A DNA stretch of 64,000 nucleotides from Epiperipatus broadwayi (GCA_028023455.1 JAQFVV010000004.1:7502001-7566000), one strand, 5' to 3'; shown: positions 26,330 through 39,409, counted from the first letter of the stretch. Notes: a model not told the origin generated them from the letters alone. Made by a program: numbers and translations.

Positions 26330-26700
26330 AGATGCAATCATGATATGAATTGTTTTATTGTAAAAGTATATATAATAATGTAAAAGCTAAGTGAAAGATT
26401 GATTTATGCCCATTTTACAGCAACATCAGTAAACTTGGTGATGGTACTAATTTATATGTCCATAGTAAAGGATAATAATGATAGAGTTGAAATAATTTAT
26501 GATTAGTTGAAAATGATTCTGAATAAATGCAAACCCAGTGAAAACATTGTCATGGGCATTTGAAAGTTAATGCAGGTACAGATCAAGAAAGGAATGATGT
26601 GGAAAGTTATTGCTAGGAAAATAGAGATATGCACGAGGAAAAGCTGATAATTTTATGTTGGGCTAATTCTACCATCTAGTATTACTTGTTAAATGTCTTT
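26330..26700 (+). mobile_element. Decayed RTE-like endonuclease region
   Basis: Fragments resembling IYAP...ENIVMG.LNA...GEKLI.F; heavily mutated. Confidence 0.45.
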
Positions 26701-26784
26701 AGATAATTATATTTTTTCACATACATTCAACTATTAATAAGTATGTAACATAACATTTTAAGTAGTATTATTTTCATGTCATGT

Positions 26785-26850
26785 TCAGGTGTTGCTGGCC
26801 TTATTAGTGACAGTACCAGCATGCAAAATCAAACATGACACCTGTAGGTT
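26785..26850 (-). mobile_element. Family-C fragment
   Basis: TTCAGGTGTTGCTGGCCTTATTAGTGACAGTACCAGCATG matches 33360-33400 and 61466-61500. Confidence 0.65.
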
Positions 26851-27039
26851 ATTGAATTACTGAACCTAGAGTTATACTATAGTCAACAGCACAAGCAACT
26901 TAAAGCTCATGAACCACATGTGAGTTTTTGATTCCAAATCTGTACAGCTCTTACTTATCATGATAATTATAAACATTTAATCTAAACATTTTTTTTTTTC
27001 ATTAAAATATGTAATTTTAAATCACTCATTGAGTATAAG

Positions 27040-27247
27040 TTCAGATGAAAAGATATAAATAATAAACTAATTAATTGCACTGAGCCAGATTTCAGCAAAC
27101 ACTGCCAGAATCATACTGCTGGATAAAATTATGCAGTCATGATCTGCATACCTTTATTTAGCACAATGAGTTTGGCAGTGTTTTACTGAAAGCTGGCTCA
27201 GTGCAATTAATTAGTTTATGTTTATTAGTTATGCTTTTTCATCTGAA
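27040..27247. repeat. ~208-bp imperfect palindrome (family F)
   Basis: TTCAGATGAAAAG...AAACTAATTAATTGCACTGAGCCAG ... CTGGCTCAGTGCAATTAATTAGTTT...CTTTTTCATCTGAA. Confidence 0.85.
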
Positions 27248-28335
27248 TTTGAAATCAACAAATGCTTTAGAATTATATAATTAGTAAATAAATGTTTTTC
27301 CTGAAGTTAGGCCAATTTTACGCAACATTAGAATCTCAAAAAAAATCTCATTAATCTCAAAGTATTTTTTTTTTTGCTTGTTTTTAAAGAATTTCACTTT
27401 TTATTATATGAATCCTAATTCTCTTATGTTGATTGTATTTTTCAGTACATCTCTTGTGGCTCTTAATTTTTTTGGTCAGGATATTTAAATAAAATGGCTC
27501 TTCGTGTTAAAAATGTCACTGATTCATGAACTAAGGCATTCAGTCAAAGGCAACAGTAGATGCATATGCTCTATTGGAAAAAAGCAAGAATATTGTATGG
27601 ACAGTAAAAAGTAGAATAATTTAAAAAACAGTCACATGTCAATGACGATAATGGTATTAGAAAATTATTCATAAAATTATTCTTAAAGAAAAAATGAAGA
27701 TAGCTGAGCTCTCATAGATAAGTATATCAAATTTTGTCTGATTATTGCCGTTGATAAAATAGCCTAATTGGTTTGATTATTACCTTAAATACATACTCTC
27801 AACACCTGGAGAGGAAAATGATACCATTCAAAACATTGTTATTTACAAATATAATGTCTAGAAGGATTAAAATAATGTTTGCCTTTTTTAAAAATATTTA
27901 ATAATTAATACTAAACAAGGAAAATAATCCACGATATAATTATATAGCAAAATGCAATCATCTCAAAATTTTTGAACATTTATTGAGTTTTGTATGCAAG
28001 AGCATTTGATCATGACTAATTTTTGGTTTAAATTGCCCTAAAATACAGATATGCTTCCAAAAGCCCTGAAAAATTGATTCTGTAATTGCATTCCAATTAA
28101 GGTCAGATATTAAAATTGATTTATTTCCAGAAGTAGACATTAATTTGGATCATAATATAGTTCTGGTAAAATTGAAATTGATACTTCAAAAAGATTACAG
28201 TTTAGAGGAGAATATCAATATGGAGTTAGAAGATCTTAAATTTTTAAATGGTTCAGTATAGAGAATACTTAGGAGTTTGTCAAATACAGAAGGGAGATTG
28301 ACTCTTAATGGAGATATTTAAAATGATATTATTAT

Positions 28336-28441
28336 TATTATTTAAGTGTCATAGCATTGGCTGGGACGCGAACCCGCAACCCGATCAACTGCCTGCAAGT
28401 GCAAGGCAGTCGCGCTGACCTCTTGACCACCAATGCAAGAC
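28336..28441 (-). mobile_element. tRNA-Gly-derived SINE with 16-bp TSD
   Basis: A and B boxes on the minus strand; AAAATGATATTATTAT at 28320-28335 and 28442-28457; (AAT)n-like tail. Confidence 0.85.
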
Positions 28442-29480
28442 AAAATGATATTATTATATACTGATAAGGACTCTTCAGGGAAAAACAATGAGTATTAAAA
28501 AACCATGGATAACAAAAATAAATCCTGAAGAAATTAAATAGAAAGGTAAAAAATATAAATAATGTAATAGATAGGGCCAAGCATAAACAACTCAAGAGAT
28601 AGGAAATGCAAAACTGCTAAGATATGGTGACGGGAGGACAGATGTTTAAAAATAAAGAAGTAACACAAGAGAAATCAGTTCTGTGACTTTGGTGTAAATT
28701 AAAAAAGTTAAACAACTAAAAATAAATAAGACATTCTGGTATTTTAAAAAATGATAAGAATAAATCAGTCTAAGATCACTATACATTTAAATTAATGGTG
28801 GAAAAAATACATTAAAAAAAACTGTAGGAAGAGTCTGTCTCTGATGATTGCAAGACTCGGTATTCTGAGGGAAGAATTTGACAAAGGAAAATGAATATTT
28901 TAATCCAAGATCAGATCCATAACCATATTACTCATGCACAAGAACACAAAGTATATTCCTTACAATTACATTGATTAAAAACATAATGCAACATATTACA
29001 AGGACTATAAATGATAAATTGAAACTCATAGACTTCTATGATTTTGTTTCAGATAAATAAGAAGAGATTGGAACTTTGCATAAAGCAATTCTGGATGTAT
29101 TAGAAAGATTTTCTATTAGAAGATATGACACCAGAATATTATAAGTTTTGGAAGAAAGAATTAAATTAATATGAAAATAAATGTCTTTTTGTTTGCTTTG
29201 TGAACTACAAAAAGATCGTTGAGTAAATGTCTTGGCATAGACTATTTACAATTCTGATGCAAATGGGCTTCCTAGTGGGTGTTCTTTATATCACTTTTAA
29301 TCTTTATATAAGATAGATTGCTAGAACTACGTTAAAATATGACTTATTTCAAGCAATTCACATTAAAAAAAGGAAGTGAATCAAAATTGCCTATTATCTC
29401 CCTACTTAATCAATATTTTTGCTCAAAAAATAATGAATAAGACAATAAAAAAACAAGACTAAGTTTGAATGTGGTAATCA

Positions 29481-29820
29481 TATATCATATCATCATCATC
29501 AACCATTATCAATCCACTTCAGGATGAATGTCTCTCCAAGTTTAATCCATCTTCTCCGATCTTTAGCTTCTCTTCTCCACATCACCCCTGCACACTTTCT
29601 TATTTCATCCATCCATCTCACATGTGGTCTCTTTCTGGGTCTTTTACAATCTCTTGGAAAACAGTTTAAGATTTTAATTGTCCATCTATTATCATCTCTT
29701 CTAGCAATATGTCCAGCCCAACTCCACTTCAATCTTTTAATTTTTCCAATGACATCAGTAACATCTGTTTGTTCTCTTACCCATACATTGCATTTTCGAT
29801 CTCTTCTTGTATATATCATA
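29481..29820 (-). mobile_element. 5'-truncated RTE-clade LINE 3' end with (TGA)n tail
   Basis: ORF 29499-29819 reads IKRLKWSWAGHIARRDDNRWT...RPRKRPHVRWMDEIRK...W, a classic RTE C-terminus, followed by TGATGATGATATG. Confidence 0.9.
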
Positions 29821-29821
29821 T

Positions 29822-30232
29822 ATAATCAAAATTATCCCAAATTCAGAACACAACCAGACTAGCCAAGAAAATACTGCCAATGGTTTCATTGTTACAAGCA
29901 GACTTCTCAAGTGTAAAGAAGTACAAAATAACAACATATTTATACTAAGCATTACCCACAATTCTACTAACCTCCCATACAACCTTAATATTAAAATAAT
30001 TTTTAAATAAGTTAATTGCTTCAGAATCATAAATTCTTAATAGGTTTTTTAATTCTTCTTTTTAATTTTATTTCAATCAAAGAAAACAATCTTAGCTTCA
30101 TCAAAATTAATAGTGTGGCCTGTATCTTTTTCATAGACACATAAAGCAGAACTAAGATATTTATTTTTAACCCTACATTTATACATCTCTATTCTTTCAT
30201 TTATGCTCAAACTACTCTGACATATATATGAA
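29822..30232 (-). mobile_element. PLE family-D 3' part (GIY-YIG plus pseudo-LTR with variant HHR at 29873-29914)
   Basis: YICQSSLSINERIEMYKCRVKNKYLSSALCVYEKDTGHTINFDEAKIV; homologous to 50950-51420. Confidence 0.85.
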
Positions 30233-31879
30233 TAATCAGATGATAAGTGCTGGTAACGTGGAGATGATGATGGAAAAAGTTGCTATTTAATTTAGTATGA
30301 ATATATGAGAAAATGTCAAATAATGGTATATTTCAAACCATGATGATCATACTAATAAGTTACAAAATTTTGGAGATGGATCATTTTGAGGATTTTGATT
30401 AGTTGATTATGAAGAATATTTATTATAAATATGAAATATATAGAAGGATGGGGTTGAAATGCATCTTTTGTGAAAAGCAACATTTAATGAAATCCAAATG
30501 TCTGAATTTTCTGTTATAGAAAAGACTAATAAGTCATGTATTTTGTTAGTGGCTTCATATGATATTGAAGTATAGACTTATCTGCCAAAGGCAAAATATT
30601 ATAGACATTTGAGATGTGGGATTGTAGAAAGATAAGAGCAAATGACTAAAACTAAACAGAAGAAAAGTTAGATGTTAAGATTGTGAAGAATATGAAAAAG
30701 TCTAGATAATTATTCCACCCAGTTGGGATGACAAAACTGGATGCAAATGGATGTTGAGACATGATAGTATAACAAAAAATATACTGGAAAAAAAAGTAAA
30801 TAATAAATGCTTAAAGGACAGAACATTCTTCATTTTTCTTGGTCAGTTGTGTATTGAAAAAGTAGCAGAAGACTAATTTATATACATTCTTTGCATCAAA
30901 ATGGTGTATCATTCCCTGAACTGAAGTACTGATTGAGTGACTAATGTCTATTGACTACTCAAGCATATAACAGAAGACATACTGGAGTGAAAGATAATTG
31001 TTTGCACCTAAATTTTCAACATTGCTAACTTATAAATTCAACTTATTTTTTCACTTTTATTTTTAAGAATGAGTACATCTCTGCTCTGTTTTCTATTCAA
31101 CTTTTCTCTGATCAGTTTTATAATAATCTCTATAATAATTGTTTTAGAATTAAATGTGTTTATTTTATTTCAAACATTCGACAAATTTTATGAATTTTTC
31201 ATAACATTTTCTTATGCTTAATTTCAGCATCTGCAAATACTGTTACATGGACAGCAAAACTATTGCAGTAATTTCTTTCTTTCACCATTCCCTCTTTTTC
31301 AAAATAACACTCATTCTAAAATTCATCAAAATAAATATTAAGCAAAATAAGAGACAAACAACAACTTTGAATTACACACTCTCTGTAACTATAATTTCTA
31401 TAAAAAATAATTAATTTTACAAAAATACTTTAATTTAATGCAAATCTTAGTAGCTATATTTTCTTCCATATATCTTTCTTATTCAAAATATAAAAAAATA
31501 ACAAAGATTAGAAAATATTAATTTGTATTACTTTTTTCACATCTCTCTTAAAATGGCACTCTACCCTTTATAAATTTAAACTGACTCTTCAGACATTAAC
31601 ATTTCCATTTAATATTTCTAACAGCATGTGATATTACACATAGTGCTCTATTAGACTGTTTGGATAAAACATATAGACAAAAAAGACTATTAAGAAATCT
31701 CATGAATTGTAAATTAAATAAGAAATATCATCTCATCTCCTTCACATTTTGCTTCCCTAACTATAATTTAAGTAAAAATTCATCAATTGTAAGCATTACA
31801 TGGGACTTCATCTCAATTGTAATGTTTACAATCTCATTGTCCATTTTCTCTTAGCTATGTTGTCTTTATCTACATGCTA

Positions 31880-32060
31880 ACACAGTAGACAGCTGACTAT
31901 TTCTCTTTCAGTTTTTTTCCTGTAACTTTTAATAACTCAAATGTAATTTCATCAGTTCCCAGCATTATATCAGGCTTTATCTCAGCAGTAATTTTTGAAG
32001 CCATATTCTCCACCATTTCTTAGCTACTTTCTTTTAATGCTATTGCAAATGACAATTTAT
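31880..32060 (-). mobile_element. LINE RT N-terminal fragment
   Basis: Minus-strand MLGTDEITFELLKVTG resembles the KAPGxDxIxxELLK motif. Confidence 0.45.
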
Positions 32061-32150
32061 TAATTCTATAACACAAATAATTTACATAATCTTACCACTT
32101 TTAGACAGACAGGCTCTCTCAAATAATAACTTAAAATTGTTTGAATTATA

Positions 32151-32457
32151 AACTACTAAACATCACATGATCATCATTTGTTATGCTTACACAAGCTGTT
32201 TGCATAGAGGCTAAACTCTCCATACAGTAGTGCCACCTGTGCAAGCCAGAGTAATTAATGGATGCAAGATCCTAAGATCTAGGTGCAGTGCTCTCAGATG
32301 CAAGGGTCCTCACTGATGAAATCCAAAAGCTGGAAATTAGTCTGAGGATATTGGATGAGTAGGCACTAGATAGGAATTTTATGCGTAAACCTTCTTGCAT
32401 CCATTGATTACTCTGGCTTGCACTAGTAGTGCTACTATATGGAGAGTTTAGTCTCTG
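32151..32457. mobile_element. Family-B fold-back with HHR (32307-32348, +) and 13-bp TSD
   Basis: TCCTCA-CTGATGA-aatccaaaagctg-GAAA-TTA-GTC/TGAGGA with a perfect stem I; TGTTTGAATTATA at 32138-32150 and 32458-32470. Confidence 0.85.
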
Positions 32458-32917
32458 TGTTTGAATTATATTAATTAAAAAAACAAAAATGTCCTAGTAT
32501 TTTTAAAATTTAGTTGGTTTTTTTTTTAAAAAAGTTTTACTGTAATACTTTAATAAAAACAAAATTTAAAAATAATAATAATTAATATAAAATTAAATAT
32601 TATTTTAAAAACGTTGACAAGATTTGTTATTTATACACATGCAAGCACACAACACATACTTTCAACTTACTTTTTTAAAAAGTCATAATTTATTACTCTC
32701 ATTTTTTTATTAAAAGAAAATTGTGAGAAAAATGAAAAGATTTTAAAGTAACAGTATATAAAAGAAATATAATGAATATATATTTAAAATATTTTATCAA
32801 ATTGTCTGCACTCATAATTTTGACATCAACCATTTTTTAGATAAATATGCTAATGATTATTACCAATAACTTATTAAGCCATATAAACATTGGATAAATA
32901 AGAGATAGAGATGTGAG

Positions 32918-32957
32918 CCAACTGATGAGTGCTATCAACATGAAATATATATTTTGA
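32918..32957 (+). ncRNA. Decayed hammerhead motif related to family G
   Basis: CCAA-CTGATGA-GTGctatcaaCAT-GAAA-TATATA-T; the differences from 62942-62985 in stem III are consistent with CpG decay. Confidence 0.5.
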
Positions 32958-33169
32958 GATTTGTCTTTTTCAAATGTCTTTATTCGTGTTTCAAGAACGT
33001 GTTGAGAGTAGAGATTTTAAGTACATTTAAAAAAAAACAATTAAACTAACACCTTATTTAAAATAATTATTCTGAAGCAAGTTTATTAAGCTAGATAACA
33101 CTGAATAAATGAGAAAATCATAGTGAGAGGTTGAGACCTGATCAAACTGATGAGTACTAGTTCAGTAGA

Positions 33170-33475
33170 AAGTCTTTTCCTGAAGGTTTGTGATAATGGT
33201 GTTCTAGTTGTATATTTATATTGGACTATTTCCACCATCTAATATGAGTATTGAATGTCTTTAGAAAATTTTAACTTTATTTAAATATTCCAAGTACATA
33301 GCACATCAAACAGGTTAGTTTATGCACAATGTTTTGAGAGGTATTTTTCTCTTCTCTTCTTCAGGTGTTGCTTGCCTGACCAGTGATAGTACTAGCATGG
33401 GATTTGAACCTGGATCCTTAGATGCTTAAGTATTGAATTTTAAGATAATGCTCTAACCAACTGAGCCATTCTGCC
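33170..33475 (-). mobile_element. Family-C element: tRNA-like head, hammerhead-like motif and 3' tail (SINE-like)
   Basis: A box TGGCTCAGTTGG (33457-33468), D-stem GCTC/GAGC, B box GGTTCAAATCC (33400-33410); HHR-like motif at 33324-33372. Confidence 0.8.
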
Positions 33476-33820
33476 AAGATCATTTGTCTTTTATGGCCAT
33501 CTTTCAAGAATGGTGGGATTGAAGTTGTAGATATATCTTAAAAAATAATTTAACTAATATCTTATTTAAAATAATGTATCTAAAAAACTACTCTGCATTA
33601 TATCTGGACTAAATATTTTAAAGTTTTTAATTTCATCTATTTGAATAGATTGCTGCAAGATTTTTCTTGACCAATTAAAAAATGGCACAAAATGTTAAGA
33701 GCTATTTGGATAATTATATATTAATAATTTGTTTTTTTTTTTTTTGTGAAATACTATAAACATCTTTCACATAAACAAGTATTTTGTGTCAGTGGATCAC
33801 AATGTCAACCAGTCTCTTTG

Positions 33821-33842
33821 TCTCTCTTTCTCTCTCTCTCTC

Positions 33843-33875
<33 letters not shown>
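33821..33875. repeat. Compound microsatellite (CT)n(TA)n(TG)n
   Basis: Read directly. Confidence 0.95.
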
Positions 33876-33879
33876 CTTT

Positions 33880-34300
33880 AAAAGCCAGTCAATATTTAAA
33901 CAATCCCAATATTAATAACAATCAACAATTTCAAACTATTGTCAAGGCAATCTTCTTTTAACAATCGAGGTGGAAACTCAACTTTATTAATGGTCCAATA
34001 TAATTATGTAGACACTAAAAATTGCAACTTGACCACAGAGATTGAATTATTGATACAAAGAAATTTAAATAAATCTCTTTAAACAGATAAATGTAACTTA
34101 TTCTGAATGCAGATTAATAATGTCAATTATAACATTACAAACTGGAATTGTAATTTTCAAATTGCACTCAAAGTATTACTTAAATAATAAGTGTAATAAT
34201 GCTCAAGGCTAAATGGGTTTGTAAGTAATTATTAAAAGTCAGTCAACACTTAGACAATCCCAATATCAATAACAATCAACAATTTCAAACTATTGTCAAG
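33880..34300 (-). repeat. Family E: 354-bp period with 67-bp terminal direct repeat
   Basis: 33880-33946 is repeated at 34234-34300; the internal part resembles 61030-61160. Confidence 0.8.
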
Positions 34301-34508
34301 TGTGTGCCCTTGTGGGATATTTGATAAGAACAAAAAGTGGCAAAATGTCAATCCTAATCATTATTGCGTCTATTGATAGACCCTAAAATTACTTGCCAAC
34401 ATTTCAATAACAGCTGTTATTTTCTTTAGATTAGCAATATTTGAATTCCAAACAATAAATTAACTTTATGATAAATATTTTAATAATATAAAGTTACACT
34501 AAATCATT

Positions 34509-34691
34509 ATTGTAATTATAAATTTATTAAACGCACATTGATTAAGTAATATTTACTGGAAAGTAGGGTGAAGTAAAGAAGGGTTCCCCTCTTTTCTTCC
34601 ATAGCGTAAGCTTGTGGTTAAAACACCTGTAGAGATCCCTACTATCGCATTTTATACGCATATTATCGAGGTTATAGCCTCAGTAAATATT
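34509..34691. mobile_element. Family-I copy with internal inversion
   Basis: Constant end in one orientation, remainder inverted; possible 11-bp TSD ACTAAATCATT (34498-34508 / 34692-34702). Confidence 0.85.
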
Positions 34692-36321
34692 ACTAAATCA
34701 TTCTGAAATTTATTCACAACTTCTTAAAGAAAATGACTGTGAAGCAGTAAGCACCAATTTTGGATATTATGCATGGTCCCAATAGTAACCTTTCACCATG
34801 TAAAACACAGAAGAATATTTGACAACTTTTACCCATAAAGATAATTCATATAGATCCAAAATAATGTTTTAACCTTTCTTTTTAGTTTTATATTAGCTGG
34901 CTGATCACGTATTTGGATTTGCTTTTCGAATATTCAGAATTGATATATATATATATTTCTCCGCAATCACAAATATCCTCATTTAAAAGAGTGATTGTTT
35001 AAAATATTATTTTGGCTTGGATATTTTAAATAATAATAATGATAACTAATGTGAAAAATAGTTAGAGTGTATTAAAACATCCAAAATTTAAAATCTATAA
35101 TTCATATTAAAAGTAAATTTCAGAATTAATTTAATATACTTTTTAAAATAATAACTGTGCATTTTTACTATAACAAAAATACCATTGCGTATCAGCTAAA
35201 GGGTTAGTTTGATTTTTTTTAATAAGAATAAAAAAAAAAAATTGCAAATTTACTGACACATTAAATATTAAAAATTACTGTAACTAGTATCATCTCCGGT
35301 GAACTCATTTTCACTAATAAGCTAAAGTAATGACATCTACCCTCTCTTAATGTTTACTGTAAAAACTACTAATATTTTTATCACATAACCTTTTATGCTT
35401 ACATTGAATTCAGCCATCTTTACATGTGGCCACATTTCATTATAGTTTTAATAAAATGGAAAATGCCAATTACGTTTACTATATGCTTCATTCTGTTTCT
35501 GATAGGTGTAATTGGAGACATTCTTAAAACTGACAAAAAAAAAAAGTAAACAGATTCATTAATCAATGTGAGGTTTTCTTTCGTCTCCTATACAACAAAT
35601 GAGAGGAGGGGAACGCATCACACATTTCACTCTCCCAGTCAAATGACAGGTCTTAACTGAACAATTTAGAGTGATAGAATTGTTATCTTTGACATGTTTA
35701 ATTTTCTTATCATGATGATATTACTTATATTAAAGTAAATAATATTTAAGTGAAAATATATAAACATCTTACTAAAATCATGCATGAAGGCTTAAGAAGA
35801 GGAAAAAGTAAAATTAACAGAAGCAAAAAAAAAAAAACGGATAAAAAAAATCGATCAGAAAATACTTCTATAAAAATGATCGAATATATAATTTATCATA
35901 TTTTAATAATGGTATTGTATAATAAACTTGTAAATATTGTGTTACTATGCATACCTGCATTTAACCGCAACTGTTAAAATCACATGTTGAAGATATAGTC
36001 ACATGGTTGGTCTACCATGGCAGCCTATAGACAGCCATATTGAAGCATTTGTATAACGACTTATTAAAAACAATGCCGACATAACACATTATTTTACGAA
36101 TGCGTGTCTGAAAAACTGTGAATGCAATACTGCATTCATCTGATCAAAGCGCAGAAGAGAGGAAAGGAAAAAAGCTCTTTAAATTAATTCATGCTTAAAT
36201 AATCAGCATAAAGCTATCAGTAATCCAATTACATTGACTAATTAATTTGGAATAATGCATTTGCCTAGATTTTATTGGAGTAGCTAACAAGTGTTTGTAA
36301 ACAGAATACATTGGTACTGAC

Positions 36322-36424
36322 CTGACGGTCCAGCGCTGCTACTCTTGCTCTTGCTGCGTACTTTATCCTTTAATCTCCGACTGCCTATTCTCTGAATCAA
36401 TCCTGGCCGCTCTGGACTGCCATC
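36322..36424 (-). CDS. Internal coding exon of an unidentified host gene (DGSPERPGLIQRIGSRRLKDKVRSKSKSSSAGPS)
   Basis: Polypyrimidine acceptor TTTCTGCTCTTCTGATGTTTGTAG|, donor CAG|GTCAGT, 103 nt, GC-rich, only one frame open across the exon (phase 0 to 1). Confidence 0.7.
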
Positions 36425-39409
36425 CTACAAACATCAGAAGAGCAGAAATACATAAACTTAAACGTTCTTCACAAATGTTTCATAAAAAAAAAAAAACTAC
36501 TAAATTACTAATTCTAAATTAAATAAATAGACGTTTAATTCAAATACTTATAAATTAATTTGAAAATCAGAAGTTTACATTTGCGCTTTTGAATATATAT
36601 TTTCTTTAATAAGACTAATAGATTTTACTGTATAGTTATCACTATTATTATTTTTTTAAAGAAACGTTTATTAATTTGTAAACATATACGTATATTATAC
36701 TTGCCTTTACTTTTAATAATAATAAGTTTTAAGTATTTACACTTGTTTTATTAAGATAAAAATATGATTATTATCTTGATATTCAAATAAATATTTCAAA
36801 TTAATGAGAAGTGGAAAAAATAATAAAAATTATATATATATATATTCAAATATATACATGTAATAGTCTTTCATTGATATATTTAGTGGACAAAACTATA
36901 TTAAAGTCAAGATAAAGATAAATCAAGTGTTCAACAGGTGTAAGTATTATCTGTACTCGATATAAATATTTATATATAAAATAATTATTCATTGATATAT
37001 TTAAAGGGCAATATAAAAGGGAATAAATTATAATTAATCCAAGATCATCATATGATTATGATCCCAACTTCTACTAGAGGGCAACTTCGCATTGTATTAC
37101 AGTCATATTTTTATTAAGACAAAGAGGGTAATTATAACTATCTAATCAATGTATATTAGAATAAGATCATTTAACCTCAGCTAGTAATAGTTGGATATCC
37201 ATCCATTTACTAGTCAATACTTGATAGATAGTTATGTTGGCTTTGAGTTTATTACTGGAAAGAAATCCTAAGTATTCTTATTATGGAAAAACTTTTTACA
37301 GATTTCCCTTAACGAAAACCAAACTCTAGATCATAGCCATGGTAAAGACATGCAGTATCCACTATACAGTAGGCTTTTCCTACATTTAATTGACTTAAAT
37401 AAAATATAAACAATTAATATAATAACTACACATTCCACAACAGCATGTATATATGATTTTTAAATCAAAGTTACAAATCCTTAAATTAAGAAGTGCATTT
37501 TGTGGCCACTTCTTTCCCAAAAAATAAATATGTAAATGAAAGTTCTTAATATAGAATTAATTTAATTAATATGTCAAATTATTAGTTTTTTTTCTCACCT
37601 TGGCAAAAGTAAAGTTAACAAATTTTTATTTTCTTAATGTATTGATTGATATGTTGTTTTGAAAGATAGCATGACTTTAAAGTACCAAAGTAACAGGTAT
37701 AATGTGTGACTTCAATTCAGCTGGTTAAACTAAGATATAAAACATATATATATATATAAACTACGGTTTGTTTATGTAAAAAAATGTTTAAACATTATAT
37801 TCAGGATTTACAAAATATTTTTTTGTTTTTCTCATATTTTAATTATTTAAAAATTTATGTCATACTACTTCTGAAATGTTTCAAAACAAAAGATTTTAAA
37901 ATTGTTAATGCTTTCATTGCTTTTATTTATTTACTATTATTATTACCATTATCATCATCACCTTTCAAAGGACTTTATTATTCTAAACATGGTTCAGCAA
38001 CTGATATGTTCACATATGAAAATTAGTAACAGAGAGTAAAAACAGTTGAACAAACAGTGAATATAGAGCTTTGCATGTGGTTCACAGGAATGTGCATTTC
38101 GATCAAATAATGTTAACTTAATTGAAAAAAAAAAGCATATCTATTCTGATGTTTTTTATAGGTTCATTGCCATGAGGGTTTATTGTATCATGTTAAAGGC
38201 TCAAACATTCTCCCATTCATGACCAGATGTCAATGACTAAATTATGGCCAGCAACTTTCTTATGTCTTTGACACATCTGTTCTAACTTATTTAAGAAAGT
38301 ATTTTTGTTATGCATAAAAGAGCACCTGATATATCCAACCACAGTGCATAAACGATAAATGTGCTGTCTCAGATGTTGCTCCAGGTAAATAGTTCAAAAA
38401 GATGTCTGAAGTTTATCTTATTATTCTTGACTAGTGTGAGATCAATGCATAAATATTATTAAAAACATGCAAAAAATATAAAATTGTGGTTTTATCTCTT
38501 TATGAAAGACAATCAAAAAATGAACCAAAGAATCCATGAAGATAATGATAATGTAAGACAAATAAATGATGAAAATAGAATAGATATTAATGTTACTATT
38601 ACAAATAAATATAGCATGGATGCTGAAGTCACTAGTAATGATAATAGTGACATTGATGTTATTGCTACAGATGATCACTTGGATAAAACACAAATAAAGA
38701 AAAAATGTGATAAACAAAAAGTGGAAATTGATACAAATGTGAAAAAAATTGAAAAATTCTTCAATAAAATAAATTATAATATAGATAGTGAAAACTATAT
38801 AAATGAAGATCAAAGAATAAATGAACTAAAACAATTGAAGTTTAATAATCAAAAGGATATAGAAATAATAAATCAAATTAATAAAGAATGGATAGAAGGA
38901 ACTGAGATGACAGTTCAAAAGGTACAACAAATAATAGGGAAAGGGCAGAATGAAGTTAGATACAAAATAGATATTAGAGACCAGTACTCACATGTTTCAA
39001 GGCAATGTATCTCACTTGAAAATTACTGATTGTAGATTCTAGGTTAAATGGTCCAATAATAAAAATGATTAGGTATAACTTATCACATAGGTTAGATCAA
39101 ATGATTATGTTTATTGACAAAAGAAATATTAAGTAGATAGTAGAAATGCTAAAGCAATAAAACTATGCAGGATTACAAAAAAACAAATTTTGACTCTTCA
39201 AACATTCAATATAAAAGATTACCATAAATGAGATATAACATTAATTTAAGAATGACTGCTAAAAGAAGTAATAAACCAATCCACAAAAGGAGGCATGAAT
39301 GAGAAGAAAGGTGAATAGTAGTTTTGAGAGTAGACAATCTGAGCAAATCCTCATATTACAGAGTGACTCAAGTGAAGATTACCAATTATGCACAGATTAG
39401 AATACTTAC

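Larger units (their letters stand above)
27900..30800 (+). mobile_element. Decayed RTE-like LINE (EN-RT) interrupted by three younger insertions
   Basis: Collinear fragments FIEFCMQEHLIMTNFWFKLP...DHNIVL (EN), KKPWITK, FVNYKK, QNCLLSPYLINIF, SDD near 30236 and TFEMWDCRKI. Confidence 0.7.
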
